Part shown: positions 1 through 13,474 of the stretch, one piece after another | How the letters are laid out: each line of letters begins with the position of its first letter | Position numbering within the stretch: the stretch's first letter is position 1 | NCBI GenBank assembly: GCA_012026655.1 | Contig: JAAILG010000463.1 | Location: forward strand, 1-64,000 | Source: Hydrolagus affinis | Taxonomy: Eukaryota | DNA length: 64,000 nt | Reading direction: 5' to 3' | Notes under the pieces: generated by a model | The model's database searches: none | Told to the model about the DNA's origin: nothing | What the model saw: the letters and a program-made list of their open reading frames with translations, nothing else | Translations under genes and position numbers: made by a program

Positions 1-703
1 TGATGCTTGGAACACACAGACATCTGTGGTATTTAACCATTTGCATTTACCAACTAAAATTGTGCGGTAGTGCTGCGTTGTTAAAAAGACTGGTTTATGA
101 CAATAAGCAAAACAATCACAGTAGCAAACCAGCAATGATACAGTCATCTGTTCTTTAAGTTTTAAATTAATTCTGCTTCAGTTCACACCCGGCCAGCAAA
201 TTGGGTCTGACTTTCCACACGGTGAATCAACCTGCAATGGGAAATGTTCATATCATTGAGGTTTACAATACATATTTTTCATTGCACACCTGCTAACGTA
301 CCGATATTTCACAGCAGTGAAATAAATTCTATGTCACACATTTGTGAATGCTTGTCTCACTGTGTAACAGCCCTGCACTAGTCTAGCAAAAACATCACAT
401 CTCCTCTTGTGCTGTGTAAAAATTTGCTTGCCTATTAATTCCTCATTGTCACACAGAGAACATTGGCTATTCTAAAGAACACAAAAAAACCAGGAATTAA
501 TCCAATTTCAGAATCTAAATTTGAACCATTGACAAAAAAAGGTCTAAGTTCTTAATCAAGAAAGAAATGTCAAATCCTCCCTGTGTGATAGTTTTACGAC
601 ATTCAAATTGTTAAAAATTCACACTCATCATTATATACAATTAAACCTGTAAGAAGTAGAACAAGTCTGAATTATTGATAATTGACGCTTGTGAATAAAT
701 CCC

Positions 704-772
704 ACAACAACAACAACAACAAATTACATTTATAGAGCGCCTTTCACGTCGGGAGGACGTCCCAAGGCGCTG
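704..772 (-). mobile_element. L2-type 3' tail only (recognition stem-loop plus (GTT)n tail)
   Basis: (AAC)n followed by aaattacatttatagagcgcctttcacgtcgggaggacgtcccaaggcgctg; near-identical copies at 1565, 30246, 34620, 44112 and 53925; the same tail ends the L2 fragment at 28105-28340. Confidence 0.85.
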
Positions 773-1564
773 TTGAGTCAATATCCTTTGAATTGCCTTT
801 ATTTTGCAATCAGGTATAACTTAAGCATTTTGTTTACTACAGTCGTTTCATTTGCCCCCTTTCTGTCCATTGTAACTCCTTTAAAGCTTTGATCACTACT
901 GTAACATTCACAGCATGTGAACTCGTGGAACTCTTTTGAAATGCAACAGTTAATGTTGCAATGACCCAATAAAGGTCATTCGTTTGAACTCCAGATGTGA
1001 TTTGGTATAATTCTGATCAGCCCTAAGGAACGTAAGAAAGCCTAAAGTGTGAAAAAATCTTATGTATTTGAAAGGGAGATGAAATTCAAAGTTCTTACAT
1101 GAAGTTAGTAAAAAGAGGCAGGCACTTGTGGATTTAGGATTTTACGATTTGAGTGACCCTGGGGCCCTGCATAAAGTTAAACTTTAAACCAAGAGATTGG
1201 ATGTTGCAGTGAGACACTACACTGCCATTTCATGTGTCATTTTAGTTCAGAATTAGTCCTGATTGACTGGATGAAAGGGCTCTCTCTCTGAGTGATGCCT
1301 ATGAGTTGTTAAGCAATTGAGAATCATTTTGACTAATTTCCCAAAATGCTGCCTTTGTGTTGTGCATAAAGCCTTTGTAATTCAGCACTGGTTGACTCCC
1401 TCTTGCCAGAACCTCCCTCGGGAAAGTCATAAGAGTTGCTGGTGTGGGGAATGGAAACGCTCTCCCCAGCAGTGTATGCGGTGTTTTACTGAGGTTAGAG
1501 GAAGGAAGTATTATACTCCATATTCATTTAAAAATTAGCTTGACGCTGTGAATGGTAGTGGGGT

Positions 1565-1633
1565 CAACAACAACAACAATAACAAAAGATTTGTATAGTG
1601 CCTTTTACGTCGGGAGGACATCCCAAGCCGCTG
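1565..1633 (-). mobile_element. L2-type 3' tail only, with probable target-site duplication
   Basis: Same tail motif as 704-772; gaatggtag occurs on both flanks (1550-1558 and 1636-1644). Confidence 0.8.
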
Positions 1634-4600
1634 AGGAATGGTAGGGTGACTGTTGGGCAGATGGACAAAAGGGCCATCGTCATCCAAACCTTCATCTTGT
1701 GATTTTTTGTTATATATGACATGTACAGACATTTAAAAAATCAACATTCTCTGCAGTGCTCCACCCAGCTATACCAGACATGTATGAGGATTAAATACAA
1801 TGAACAGTCTCTGCAGTAATCGCAATCTCTTCTATAAACTGATCAGTGGAGGGCACCTGGCTTCCTGCAGATGGATTCCTATTACTTTATGCCCACACCC
1901 TATGACACAACTCAGTTATACAATGACCAAACAGACTCATCACATATGTCATAAGGATTGCTAAACTAGGAGACAATCCTGTGCTTCGTAAAACAACAAT
2001 TCTGTTTGTTATTTTTTTAAATATGAAAGGATAAACTGTTTGCTGCAGTGTCTATTTGGAACATCCAAATAAATATAGAAATGTTTTAAACTTGGCTGTT
2101 CATTAATCAACACCCTCTCCGTAAATACGTTTTCTTCAGGGAAAGGATTTTATTGATTGATGCGGGTTTTCGAGTTTTACTAGCATGTCCACAGTATGTA
2201 GATTATATCATGATTAGTGTGCAAATTAATGGAGAAAGAACCAAAAAAGGGGAAGTCTGCTGCTCATAAGTGTCGGTGCTGATGGGTGGTAAATATAATG
2301 TGGAGGGAGCTAAATGGAAGATTTTTTAAATTTAAATCCTTATTTCAGTTGTTGGTCTTTATGCTCCATAGTTATAAACTAATACGATTTGCTCGCATTC
2401 GTGCAATCCATCAACATTGCTTTATGACCACACTAGCAGAGGATGAGACCCAAACATAAATACATATAGAAATAAATGTTTTTAATGATGTGTGCGGATG
2501 TAGCTTCTGAACCTGAGAACAAATTGTTTGCTACTTTGTTACCGTTGTTACCTAATAAGGTGCGAATGCACTTCCGGTCTGGAATGAATTTTACAGTTTC
2601 TAGTGGTGATTTTGATTGCTATGCAGAAAAAAAAGGCATTGCAAAGCAAAGCATTATATCACTGAATCTTTGTTAAGCAGGCCTTGAAAGTGCCTGACAG
2701 CATAATTAATCTTCTGATATGAACAAAGAAACTGACTCAATAGTAGTGAAGACACTTATTAAAAATACTAAATACATCTTTCGTTTTTTTAAAAAAAGGC
2801 CCTTTGAAAGTATGTTAGAAATGCCATTATCTTTCTGCAGCTATTGAGTGAGTATTCATAACAGCAAAGATTGTTGGCTGCAAAACAAAGAGAGCATAAA
2901 AATGAAGCAAACCCTCGACATTAGGTAGGTGAACAAAAAATAACACAATGGGTACAGAAGTAAATACAGTATAGCAAACTGTAACAGGCTGGGCAAAGCC
3001 TCAATTTGTTGAATTTCTTCCCTTTTCAGGAAACCCGCCTTGCAAACAATTATTTCTGGATTGTCAAAGAGTCAGTCAGCAAACATTTGCATACGAACAA
3101 TATAATAGATGACTGGGAAATGACTGCAGATGATGTGATTTATTACTGGTTTCTATGTTTGCGCGGTCTGATCTATAGTTCGAGATATGTGAAATCCATA
3201 AACCGTGATTGGCGTTCTACTTAGAAAGGTCACTAACTAGAAATGCTTGGATCAAAGTGTGAATTCATTTAAAGGGTCATTGGCAGAACAGCAGCAACTA
3301 TTCACGCTTAGCAAATGGAGGAAGCCTAAGCTTGCTGACGTAATGTGGAATTTCTCAAATGGCACTAAATAGGGTTGAGTACAAAACAGAATACTAATGA
3401 TTTCAGTGGGTTCAGCTGAACTAACGCAAGCCCGATACCGAAATCAGATGCCATACACGACACAATCAATTGTGGGCAAAGAGGAAGCCGTATTAAACCG
3501 AGCAGGATCCAAATCTGAACGTTGAACGCCTTTATTGGGGGAAATGTTCAGAAGGAGTCATATGGTTTGTCCGAAGTGAACAATCATGCAGCAGAACAGA
3601 TCTCAAATGGGCAAGATTTGCAAAAGTCCGTACGTCAGATCTCAGTTTAAAACTCACCTTTATTGCTGACGGGCTTGTGACTATACATGTACAATTCTTA
3701 TCTCATATCGAAACTTGGCACCATTTTATTGCCATGCTCCATAGCATTGTGGTGTTCAATGCATGAACTATGTGTCCCGTAAAATATATTAAAGAGAACA
3801 GTATAATATTCTTGGGTTCATATACAAATCCCAGCAAGACCACAGAAACACCAAAATCTGTTTAATATGTTCTCTGTGTTGCTCTTGAATATTAATAAAA
3901 ATTAATAATTAATTTTGCCTTTGGCATTCCAAGATATACTAGCTTTAATTAGTGTCCTGTACTTTTACACAATTAAAAAATAATTGATGTCCATGCTTAT
4001 TGGCAACTACTGTGATCTTTCTTTCCCCCTGTTGTCGCAATAAAAAAAAACTGCCTCTTCAGAAGGTTTTGTTGCCAACATTTTTTTTCAAGCGGCTACA
4101 AGTTAAAAAGAATTTGTGGAGGATCAAATAAAAGAATTATGCAGATCTGAATTCAAACAAAGTGATCAAGTCCCAAACCATTGAAACAATATTGATTGTA
4201 CCTCGTTCAATGGTAACTCGCCACCCCCAAAATAGCCTTTTTGGCAACAACAGGCATTTTAGTTAAAACAAAATAAGTTTGGCTAGAAAGAGACTCCACT
4301 CAATAGTTTTTAATAAAACACATACTGTACCTCCTATTACCGTTCCCATTTTAGTATGCCTTGGTGCTGTGTATGAAGTCTGTGTGAAAAGGTTATTGAC
4401 AGCAGGAATCAGGTCATTTCATAAGTAAGTCCTGGTTGTTCAAGCCTTGGGTGCTGATATCTCTTCCAAATGGCAACACAAGCAATGCTTCAATTCAATA
4501 GGGGTGATTAGCTAACATGCTATCATCAAAAAATGCAATTTAATGTACTACACAGACAGAAAGCCCATAAAAGGGTGAATTCGATATACAGTACCTTCAA

Positions 4601-6065
4601 TCGCTTCAAAACAAATTCCCCTCCAGAAATTGTGGTTGAAAAGCACCTTTATTTTGAGTAGAGGCTGCCTGACTTGAGGTGGTTTTTGTGGTGCTCTTTA
4701 TATCCAGCAGCAAGGTTTAGGCAGACCCATGTAGTCAGCATTGCTGGCACTTGGATTTTTGTTTTCCTCATTAATAGTTATTTAAAGGTCACTTCACAGG
4801 TATTGGCGTTCATTTTGCCTTGTGACGGGGGAAAGCCGTGTCTTAAATGTGTCATTTCCATTTCTGCAATGTCCTGAAGATGCGCTGTAATTTTTTTAAC
4901 ACTGAAATGCCATATTCTGTGCAGCATTAGTAAAAGATGATGAGGAGGCTAAAGGCTGACAGACATCACATGCAAAGATGAAGGAAAATGTTACATTTTC
5001 AGTGATAATAAGGGAAAGTGTATGAACAATGTTTTTCATGCTGATGCGGGAGTTATTTAAAAATATCCCTATTGTGAAGTATTGAGTTGGTGCCGCACAA
5101 TAAGCAGGAATGTAACTTTGCTATAAAGGTTCAGTGTAAATGTGGGGGGGAAGTAATGTGGATTGTACGGTTAGGCTGTGCAATGGCACTAACAACCAGA
5201 GAAGCTGGAAGGTGACAATCTTGATTGTGAGTTAAGATGGATGAAAAGCGAGCAGCACCTTTCCATCCCACTCTGTGTGCTAAAGCATAGGTGTTACAGT
5301 AAGTTGGACTTTTTTTAAAAAAAGTGTGATTAGTAAGTTTTACACTTTGCACCAAATTTATTGGTTAAGAGTTATAAAAATATTGCACAGCTAACAGAGA
5401 GGTACAGCTGTGTCCTATATATACTGCACTGGTAAAACCAACCAGCGGATGTGGAAAGGACATCTTTATTCCTCCGAATGTGCAATCAGTAGCACCACTC
5501 ATAATTTCATATTCAGTGCAATTTGAAGTGGAACATAAGATTTGAAAATACAGTGCTTTGACAGAACTTTAAAATTCCAGCTAATGGAGATAGCATAGGA
5601 TTGAGTTTAATATTGCATGTGGTTAAGTTTTTGTGCAATTGACCAACATGACATGCCTAACTATATAAATGGAGCTTTTATGTTGATAAGATCAGTAGTT
5701 ACTGAGATATTTATGTGAAAAGCTGACACGCAGGAAAAATGCACATTCCTCTTTGTTTGAGCTGTTATTGAGGCACCTTATGTGAATTCCGAAATGTTTT
5801 GAGAAGATAAATCAGTTAAAGTGACTAGTTTTATATTGTAATCTGTTTATCATAAACTAATATGAAACATCACACAAAAAGGAAACATACCTATCAGAAA
5901 ATTATAGCTTTCATTGGTTTCTGCAATATCAGTGAACAGACCAGTAAAATTTATAGTCAATCTGAATTCGCTGCTGTTTCCTATGCAGTGGAGGGAATTG
6001 AGACAAACAGACCTCATGTATCCTTTTGGTGAGTACACAACAAATGGGTCATAAATATAAGAGGA

Positions 6066-6129
6066 CGGCGCTCTGAGACGCCGTTCGGCATGGAGGGCGC
6101 TATATAAATCAAAGTTGTTGTTATTGTTG
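6066..6129 (+). mobile_element. L2-type 3' tail variant
   Basis: ggcgctctgagacgccgttcggcatggagggcgctatataaatcaaagttgttgttattgttg: stem-loop, ctatataaat and (GTT)n. Confidence 0.7.
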
Positions 6130-7458
6130 ACCATTAATAAAACTAGAAGAGAGTTTAAGGGAAACTCCATAGCATTAAACAGATCACCAAAACCCATGGT
6201 TAAACCAGAAAATACCAATCTTAAGAGGAATCTCAACCCATACATGAGAGAGAAGGAAACAGAAGGTGTGAGAGGAAGTGTGGAAGCTCATGTGGAGTTT
6301 AAATACTGTCACAGATCAGTTGAGCCAAATGATCTATTTTTGTTGCTGTATGTCTATCTAGCTAATTTTTGCAGTACTTTTCAGCAAAGTGCGTTATTCA
6401 AACACCCAACAAATTTTCTTACATTAACTTAACATTAAAAATAAGGTGTAAACTACAACAACAATTAGTAATCCTTTATAAGGGAATGTCTAACTACGTG
6501 GCTCATACTATTTTATGTAGCATGTAAATCAATAACGACACCATAAAATATTGTTGGTACATAAATTCTAAATACGGTAATATCACAAATCACAATGATT
6601 TATTTTACAAATAAATATATTATACAATGGCATCTTATTTTAAGTAAAATTGTAATTATAATAATTTGTATAACAAAATGATGGATGGCATAATTATATA
6701 AAATATAAATTAATATTAATTTCACCAATGTAGTCTTACATTAAATATTTATAATATATCCCTTGAAAAGAATTTAATGGCTTAATAATATATTACATCA
6801 TAACATAATAAGTATTGTATAAATGAATCATGTATTGGTAAAGTAGTGTACAATTAAACATATATAACCTCACATATCTGAGAAGTTCTATTTATTTAAC
6901 ATTAAGTATATAGCAACAGCAAATTAAATTAAGATCATTTCATTTTGGCAAATGTGAATGACAATTCTAAATTAACAACTTCAATTTTAATATCACCCAT
7001 TTCTATCACTATCCTCACACTAATTTGCACTGTATTTCTATCTATACAAATGAATCAATTTCAATAATGTAGCAGATTGTACCAATATTACATATAAAAT
7101 GCAATATTGATTACATTGTGGTAATGTTTCTTCGGCATTTGAAACTTTGTTAAAACAAGCAACCAAAGTCTTGGAATTAAACACAGTATTCCACTTCCAG
7201 GCTGTTGTATTAGTTATACAGTACTGTACAGTACAGTATACTTGATGATAAGCAACACCAATAACTAATACAAAAATAATTGCTTCCTATCATTTTTTAA
7301 AACAGAGCTCTATTAACCCTTAATCGTACCGTTAAATAAAATGTAGGCTGTATCCCAAAGATAGGGCTTTCTCTGTTTAATTCATTAATAAAAATGCTGT
7401 ACATTGCTAAACTGACAGCTAGCAAAAACTCATAGGTCATGAGGAGTTATTGATATTA

Positions 7459-7580
7459 AATAATACAATAACAACAATCCTTGCACTTAATATAGGGTCT
7501 TATCATGTTGTTGATATGTCTCAAAAGGCTTTACAGAATATTTTGTAAAGTGAATTAACTGCGTACTTTGTAAGCACAAT
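7459..7580 (-). mobile_element. 3' fragment of tRNA-derived SINE with L2-type tail
   Basis: Reverse complement of the ...gtgaagcgctttgggacg...tatatcaaatgcaaggattattatt tail seen at 23506-23711. Confidence 0.75.
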
Positions 7581-8049
7581 TATCCAAAATAATTTTGTCA
7601 AATTATATCAAATTAATTGTTACCCTTGGAATTGAGAAATATCTGTTGGAAGTAGAAAATTAATTATAAATAAAAGACCATTACTCCTGATACTTTTGTT
7701 GTTAAATGAACATTTTTATTTTAAGGACATTATTTTGATTGTAAATTCTTAAAATACTATTCTTAAAATTGTATTTTAAGGACAGATAATTCCCACCTTG
7801 ACAAAAAAAACATACAAATGTAATTGCCTGCCACTATTCCGACCTGTATTGTTGGTTTATTATTCCAATCAATGTTGGTTCACATGGTGCTACAATGTAT
7901 TCTCTACTCCAACAAATGCTATTTTCTCTTCGTGAAAACTTTAATGAAAGGTGAATATTCAAACAAAAAGTGCTCTTTTGCTTTGAGAATGCTCTTTTCC
8001 TCGTTTGGTTTGGTTAAAAAAAAGCCAGTAGCTGGTTACAATACTGAGT

Positions 8050-8400
8050 ACCTGTTTGTAGGATAAAAATGAGTCCAGAAAACAGTAAATTGAGGAATAT
8101 TGTTACGAGAGGAACAAAGCAAGCCATAATAATGTAAGAGATGAAAGCTTGATATTGACTCGACACAGCTTCCTGCCTCTCTTTTTTAATGTTGCTCGCA
8201 GCTGTGGATGCTTCGGATGGATTTACAGGTGAATCGCAATGTAAGTCTCTGATTAGATCAGTTTGGTCAGTACCTGTATCACCTAAGGCCAACAATGCCT
8301 CTTCACCTTTCTTCCCCTGTCACTGTTAGGCTCATTCATACCATATACCTTCATACGGTTCCTCGAAAACACTGGCCATCAGTGATCTTCCCTAAATATA
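8050..8400 (-). mobile_element. Decayed Gypsy-type aspartic protease remnant
   Basis: Minus-strand translation has ...ALLALGDTGTDQTDLIRDL (DTG active-site-like) and later FVPLVTIFLNLLFSG, resembling the VPLHxVxLxSxLVSG motif of Gypsy proteases; stops upstream. Confidence 0.4.
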
Positions 8401-8467
8401 CTGTCACACAAAGATGAGGAACACTGATCTTCTCCTCTACTACTGATCTTCTTCTTCTCCTCCATCA

Positions 8468-8613
8468 TTAGATAGTTATTTGGGAGGACGGGCTTGCAGG
8501 GCTATGGGGAGAGCACGGGAGATTGATTTGGTCAGCTCTTTTCAAAGAGCCGGCGCAGACACGATGGGCCGAATGGTCTCCTTCTGTGCTGCACAATTCT
8601 ATGATTCTATGAT
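8468..8613 (+). mobile_element. CR1 LINE 3' end
   Basis: gggctatgggg...ctcttttcaaagagccggcgcagacacgatgggccgaatggtctccttctgtgctg followed by the (attctatg)2 terminal repeat typical of CR1. Confidence 0.9.
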
Positions 8614-9920
8614 CACTTATTCTATCACTAATACCTGCTTCCTTCAGTTCACAGTTCCTCTGGCTTATTGATTGTTTAAGATCTCCAATACGTCCCCAGA
8701 GATTCTGATAAAGAGTACATAATGGGCATAAACAGTAATGTTCTTCCATTTATTACACTGGCACTCATTTAGACGCATGTTTGTTTCCTTACAACGTTTA
8801 CCATTTTGCATTTTTATGTTGAATAAAATCTAAAATGTGTATTGTGATTCCATGACTGCTAACGCCATGTGGCATATATTTTAATGTTGATTAGAGTGTT
8901 CATTTTGTCAATCAAATTAATGTTTAAGAGGTGCTTTATAGGAACTTCCATCTGACTGGATGTTCATGTTGTTCAGTTCTTAGCGTTGACTATAAATTGA
9001 AAGGAGTTTATGAGTGTCTAAAGCATGGGAAACATTTTTTTTTAGAAACATTGGAAATTGGAAATGGGAGGGAATAGGAAATTGCCCTGGATGTATCAGC
9101 CACTGCCTGGAACTGTGTATCTGTGAAAGAACATGACAGCAATGATGCCCAAGGTTGCGAGAAATCTCATGTTAGCCACCTAATAGAATGTGTCTTGGAA
9201 GCCATGGAGCACGAGGTCACTTGTAGCATTAGTGTTAGCAGTGACTCTAACCTTGAAGGAGGAAGCAGGATCTACCGGTGAAATTATTCCCGTTTTCTAA
9301 GAATGAAAGCAGAATTCTGGATGTATAAAATCTAAAGATGTGCCCCTGGTATTATTAAACCATGTAACAATATGAATGTGGTTGCACTGCTGTGCTAAGA
9401 TCATCGTACAATTAAAACAATGCAAAGCTTCAATTTTCCTGGTAGAAATGGAACAATATTGTACATGCGCCCTCGGGGTCCATCTTTGTCAGCCTTCACA
9501 GAAACAATACATCAATCTGATATTAACAATGCCTCCAGTGCTGCTATTTTCCACTTATTTACTGAGCTGACCAATTTAATTTCAAGATCTAGAATCACAG
9601 TTAATATTAACTGGAGTTAATATGCTGCTTGTTTGATAACTCTCTCAGGCATGATATGTACTTGCAGACAGTGAATCTAGAACTCTGCCGCCATTCAAAT
9701 TGACAAGGATAAAGAATTTATTTCCTCTGATTAGTTTTCAACCTGGAACACGCAATAACGGCAACCCATCCTCGCTGATCATGTCCCCAAACCAATCCTT
9801 GAAAATCCAATTCCCCAAGCATTTTCTTTTCATAATCAATATATCAGCTATAAGACATATTGGAAGTAATACGGAAAGCCATCGTCAAACCCACACAAAT
9901 ATCTGGGATAGAATCTGTAG

Positions 9921-10125
9921 GAAAACATGAGCAGGAGAAAATCATTCAGCCTACTTAGCCTAGTCCACCTGTTTATTAATTCTTGGCAGATCTTTAAATT
10001 TCACTGCTCTTAATATATCTGCAATTCAAGTATCTATCTCTCTTTCAGGTATTTTTGTTTTATTGATTTTGCCTCCACAGTGTTCTGGGGCAGAGGTTTT
10101 CACATCATCACAACCCTCTGTGTGT
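9921..10125 (-). mobile_element. CR1 LINE 3' fragment
   Basis: gagcaggagaaaatcattcagcc... and gcctccacagtgttctggggcagaggttttcacatcatcacaaccctctgtgtg resemble the antisense CR1 3' UTR and ORF2 C-terminus. Confidence 0.6.
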
Positions 10126-13100
10126 GGTCATACTTTCTGTGCCAGGTTGGTGTTACAATAATGGGAATTATCAACTGATCAAAAGTGCTCCATCTGAAAA
10201 AGTACTACTCCTGAAACATCCACAAATAATCATTAGAAAACTATTTTTAAGAGAATAAATGCAGAGGGCAGACCATAGTATTGTGTGCTCTCGCACACTT
10301 CTCAATGGACAGGAGAGAGGCAGTGACAGAGACTGGCCAACAGAGCCTTCCAATTACACCACATTCAAATCAACCGCCCTGCCACTGCTCGGCTCCTCTA
10401 TACTGTACTAAGCCACTATCAACTTACAAAAATGCTTTGTTTGAAAAAAGAATTTATAGCATAAACCATAGCATGAAATAGACATTTGATATATGAAGGG
10501 TTACTGGAAAAAAAAAGTCAAATTGGTTGAGTCTCATAACTCACTCAGAGTTGCAGAGGCTGGAAGTTCTGCGGTACAACATCACTAAATCTTTGATTTT
10601 GTAATAACCCACAGAGCCATGTCACGTATCCACTGCACAGAACCCCCGAGTGAATGTCAGCAGATTGTAAAGTATCTGCACCTCAATCAAAGTATACTCA
10701 GTCTGGTGTTACACCAGAAATACAATTTATTTGTGTTTTACTTTTTTTTACCATGAAACGATATACTGAACAACAATGGGATGTGTGGTTGAATGTACCA
10801 CCAATTACAGCTCTGGCCATTAACAAGAATCAGAAATAATTACATTTATTTCCCGGGTTACATCTCTCTTCGTCAAACGGGTTTTGTTTCTGAAGTAAGA
10901 AGATGGATTCATTAAAGAAATGAAAATCGGTTTCTCCATTCTAAAGAAAAATAAAACAAATGCTACTGGCGCTTTTATACTCAGGAATTAAAACAGCAAG
11001 CACATTTGAGGCCCGGTTAAATTTATTTTACTGGAGGAAAGGTAGGTCTTATATTGAAGGCATTTTAGAAGATGACTCTGAGCTATGCTTTCTGTCTGTT
11101 AGGAAGGCATCGACATATAAAATGGTAGTGAATTTGCATTACCTCCAATCCATCATATTCTGAGAGCACAGAAACATCCTAGACCTACTGCAACAAACCA
11201 GAGCCATGTGTTGACAGATTCTTATTTAAGTGACTGTGAATACAACAATTCCACAAATAATTTGTCAAGTGTGTGGCTGAACTATCTCTGAACCCCTGAT
11301 AAATACCAACTCTCCTCTATCTGCAAAGACATGATGTTCTTTGTGAAGCCTGAGTGTAACAAGCTGCAGGATTTAACAATCAATGCCACACAATGTTTCC
11401 TTTTTGCCAAGTGCTCCTATATCCATACGTCCTGTTGATATCAAACACATTCACTACTCCTTGAAGGTTTACACAGTGTGCTGAAGGAGCTAGACAAGTA
11501 TTAAAAGCTGTAGTCAAGTTCTTTTATTAGTGTCAGTCTCTGAATTGCTACTGTAACCCAAAAAGGATGACCATACCTAAAACATTATCCATCAACATTT
11601 TTTTAATATCCTTTTCAAATCCCACAGCATTGTTTCCCAATTGGTAAGGACAAATGCATGCCATTTTAATAGCTGCTTTACTCAGTGCAACATGAGCAGG
11701 GACTATATTAAGTGTTGTAAGTACTATTGTATTCCTAATAATTACCTTAATAACTCCGATCCTTACTTGGCTGCTTTTCCACAGTACCTGGGTGAAATCT
11801 TTGAGCCTCTCTTCATCAATAAAAGATAGGTCAACTTTTCAGAATCCTTTAAGAATTCAGGGCTTTTTTTTACACCAACCACCAACCACTGTGTTGATGT
11901 CAAATTCAGATTTTTTCCCCCCTCCTTTAATATTGATTCAAATGGAGTAAAAAATAAAAACAAAAGAATGCACAATTTTCCGGTCGTTAATTTCATTGGA
12001 ATCTGCATTTTCCTACTGCAGCCACAACACAGCTAATTTTTCAGGCACTCTGTCCTCTCTTAATCTGTTCTCCATTAATCATAGATTTCGTTGCACTAGA
12101 TGCAGAGGGGATCTAATAGTCCCTTGCAGATTATGCTTTGGATATTGAGAATTAGATATAAATAAAATAAACACAGAACAAAAGCGGTTGGAATGTTTTC
12201 TCTTTGCATCACTTACTGTATTTTTCTCAGATGCACATTCACAAATGCTCTGTGGTGACTGTTATTTATTTGAAAGGCCCCCTATCTGGTGACAGATGTA
12301 CCTTATCCTCTCCTATCAATTCCAGCATTACTCACAGAAAGTTTGTTCTTTTTCATATTTGTTTCAAGGATTCTATTGTCATTTTGAATTGCAAATCAAT
12401 CATAGATCATCTGAGGCCCAGTTCTGTTGGAGAGATTAACGCACTGGCTAAAATTGTTTACAAAGCTATTTGTAAACCCTCTGGTGATGCAGATGATGCT
12501 AGTTTACTGTTTTAACATTGTTGATCCCAGAAAAAGCCTTAAGCAATGACTTCAGAGGGCAAAAAAAAATTGTTCATTTATCATTATTGTCATGGGCTTT
12601 TGTAAATGATAACAATTTGTCTTCATCCTATTTTTAGACAACAAGTCACATTAGAGTCCAAAAGTCATTTTGCCAGATGGAAGAAGGTTCTTTCAAAGCA
12701 AGATGCTGTCTTTGATTTTTCTCCTACAGAAATAATTCACCTGAGAATCAGGTGTGCTTCTACCTATGCCACAGGTGCATTGAAAGCATCAAATAACCAA
12801 AATAAAGAGGGTGCCACAACCATTGCCTTGTAAAGTGGTGAAAGGCATCCCACCAGCGCACTGATTGTATTGAATACGACCTTGCTACTTTCTTAGTGAG
12901 TCGGTAGGAAGGCAGCACAAACACACATCTCAGATAATCCACACACTGGTGTTTATTGAAGGTGACATCAACAAAATTGTAGATAGCATTGTGCTGGTTC
13001 CCGACATAAAACAAAAAATAAATTTCAAAGGAACTCCCTCAGAATTCTGCTTTCATGCACAATTGCGTGAGTAAGTGTGAGATTCAAACTATTCACATGG

Positions 13101-13317
13101 CTGCTGCTGTTAACTCTGTATTCCTCAATTGTTCTAGTTCACTTTTGGATGGGCATTTGATTAAGAATGTTTGCTTTTAATCCGTTTAAATGAAATTAGC
13201 GAGTCTGTTACCTTAGTTTTAAGCTAAATACTTTAAACAGTTATTTGTAAAACACAAAATTTATGGTTTTAGGGATGAGATTTCATATGGTGTATATGAT
13301 GAGCATTGGGTTATATT

Positions 13318-13474
13318 CATAGCAGTTTGGACAAACTAAATGTTTTGCCAAATTCAAGAGATTTTTAAAACTTTCATGTCTCACAACTCTCATTTCAGGC
13401 TAGCATTAACACATTGAAATACAATTCAAGAAATTTGAATTTTGTAAAACATTTAGTTTGTCCAAATGGTTATG
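13318..13474. repeat. ~40-bp inverted repeat around a ~77-bp spacer (MITE- or hairpin-like element)
   Basis: catagcagtttggacaaactaaatgttttgccaaattcaa (13318-13357) versus ttgaattttgtaaaacatttagtttgtccaaatggttatg (13435-13474). Confidence 0.85.
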
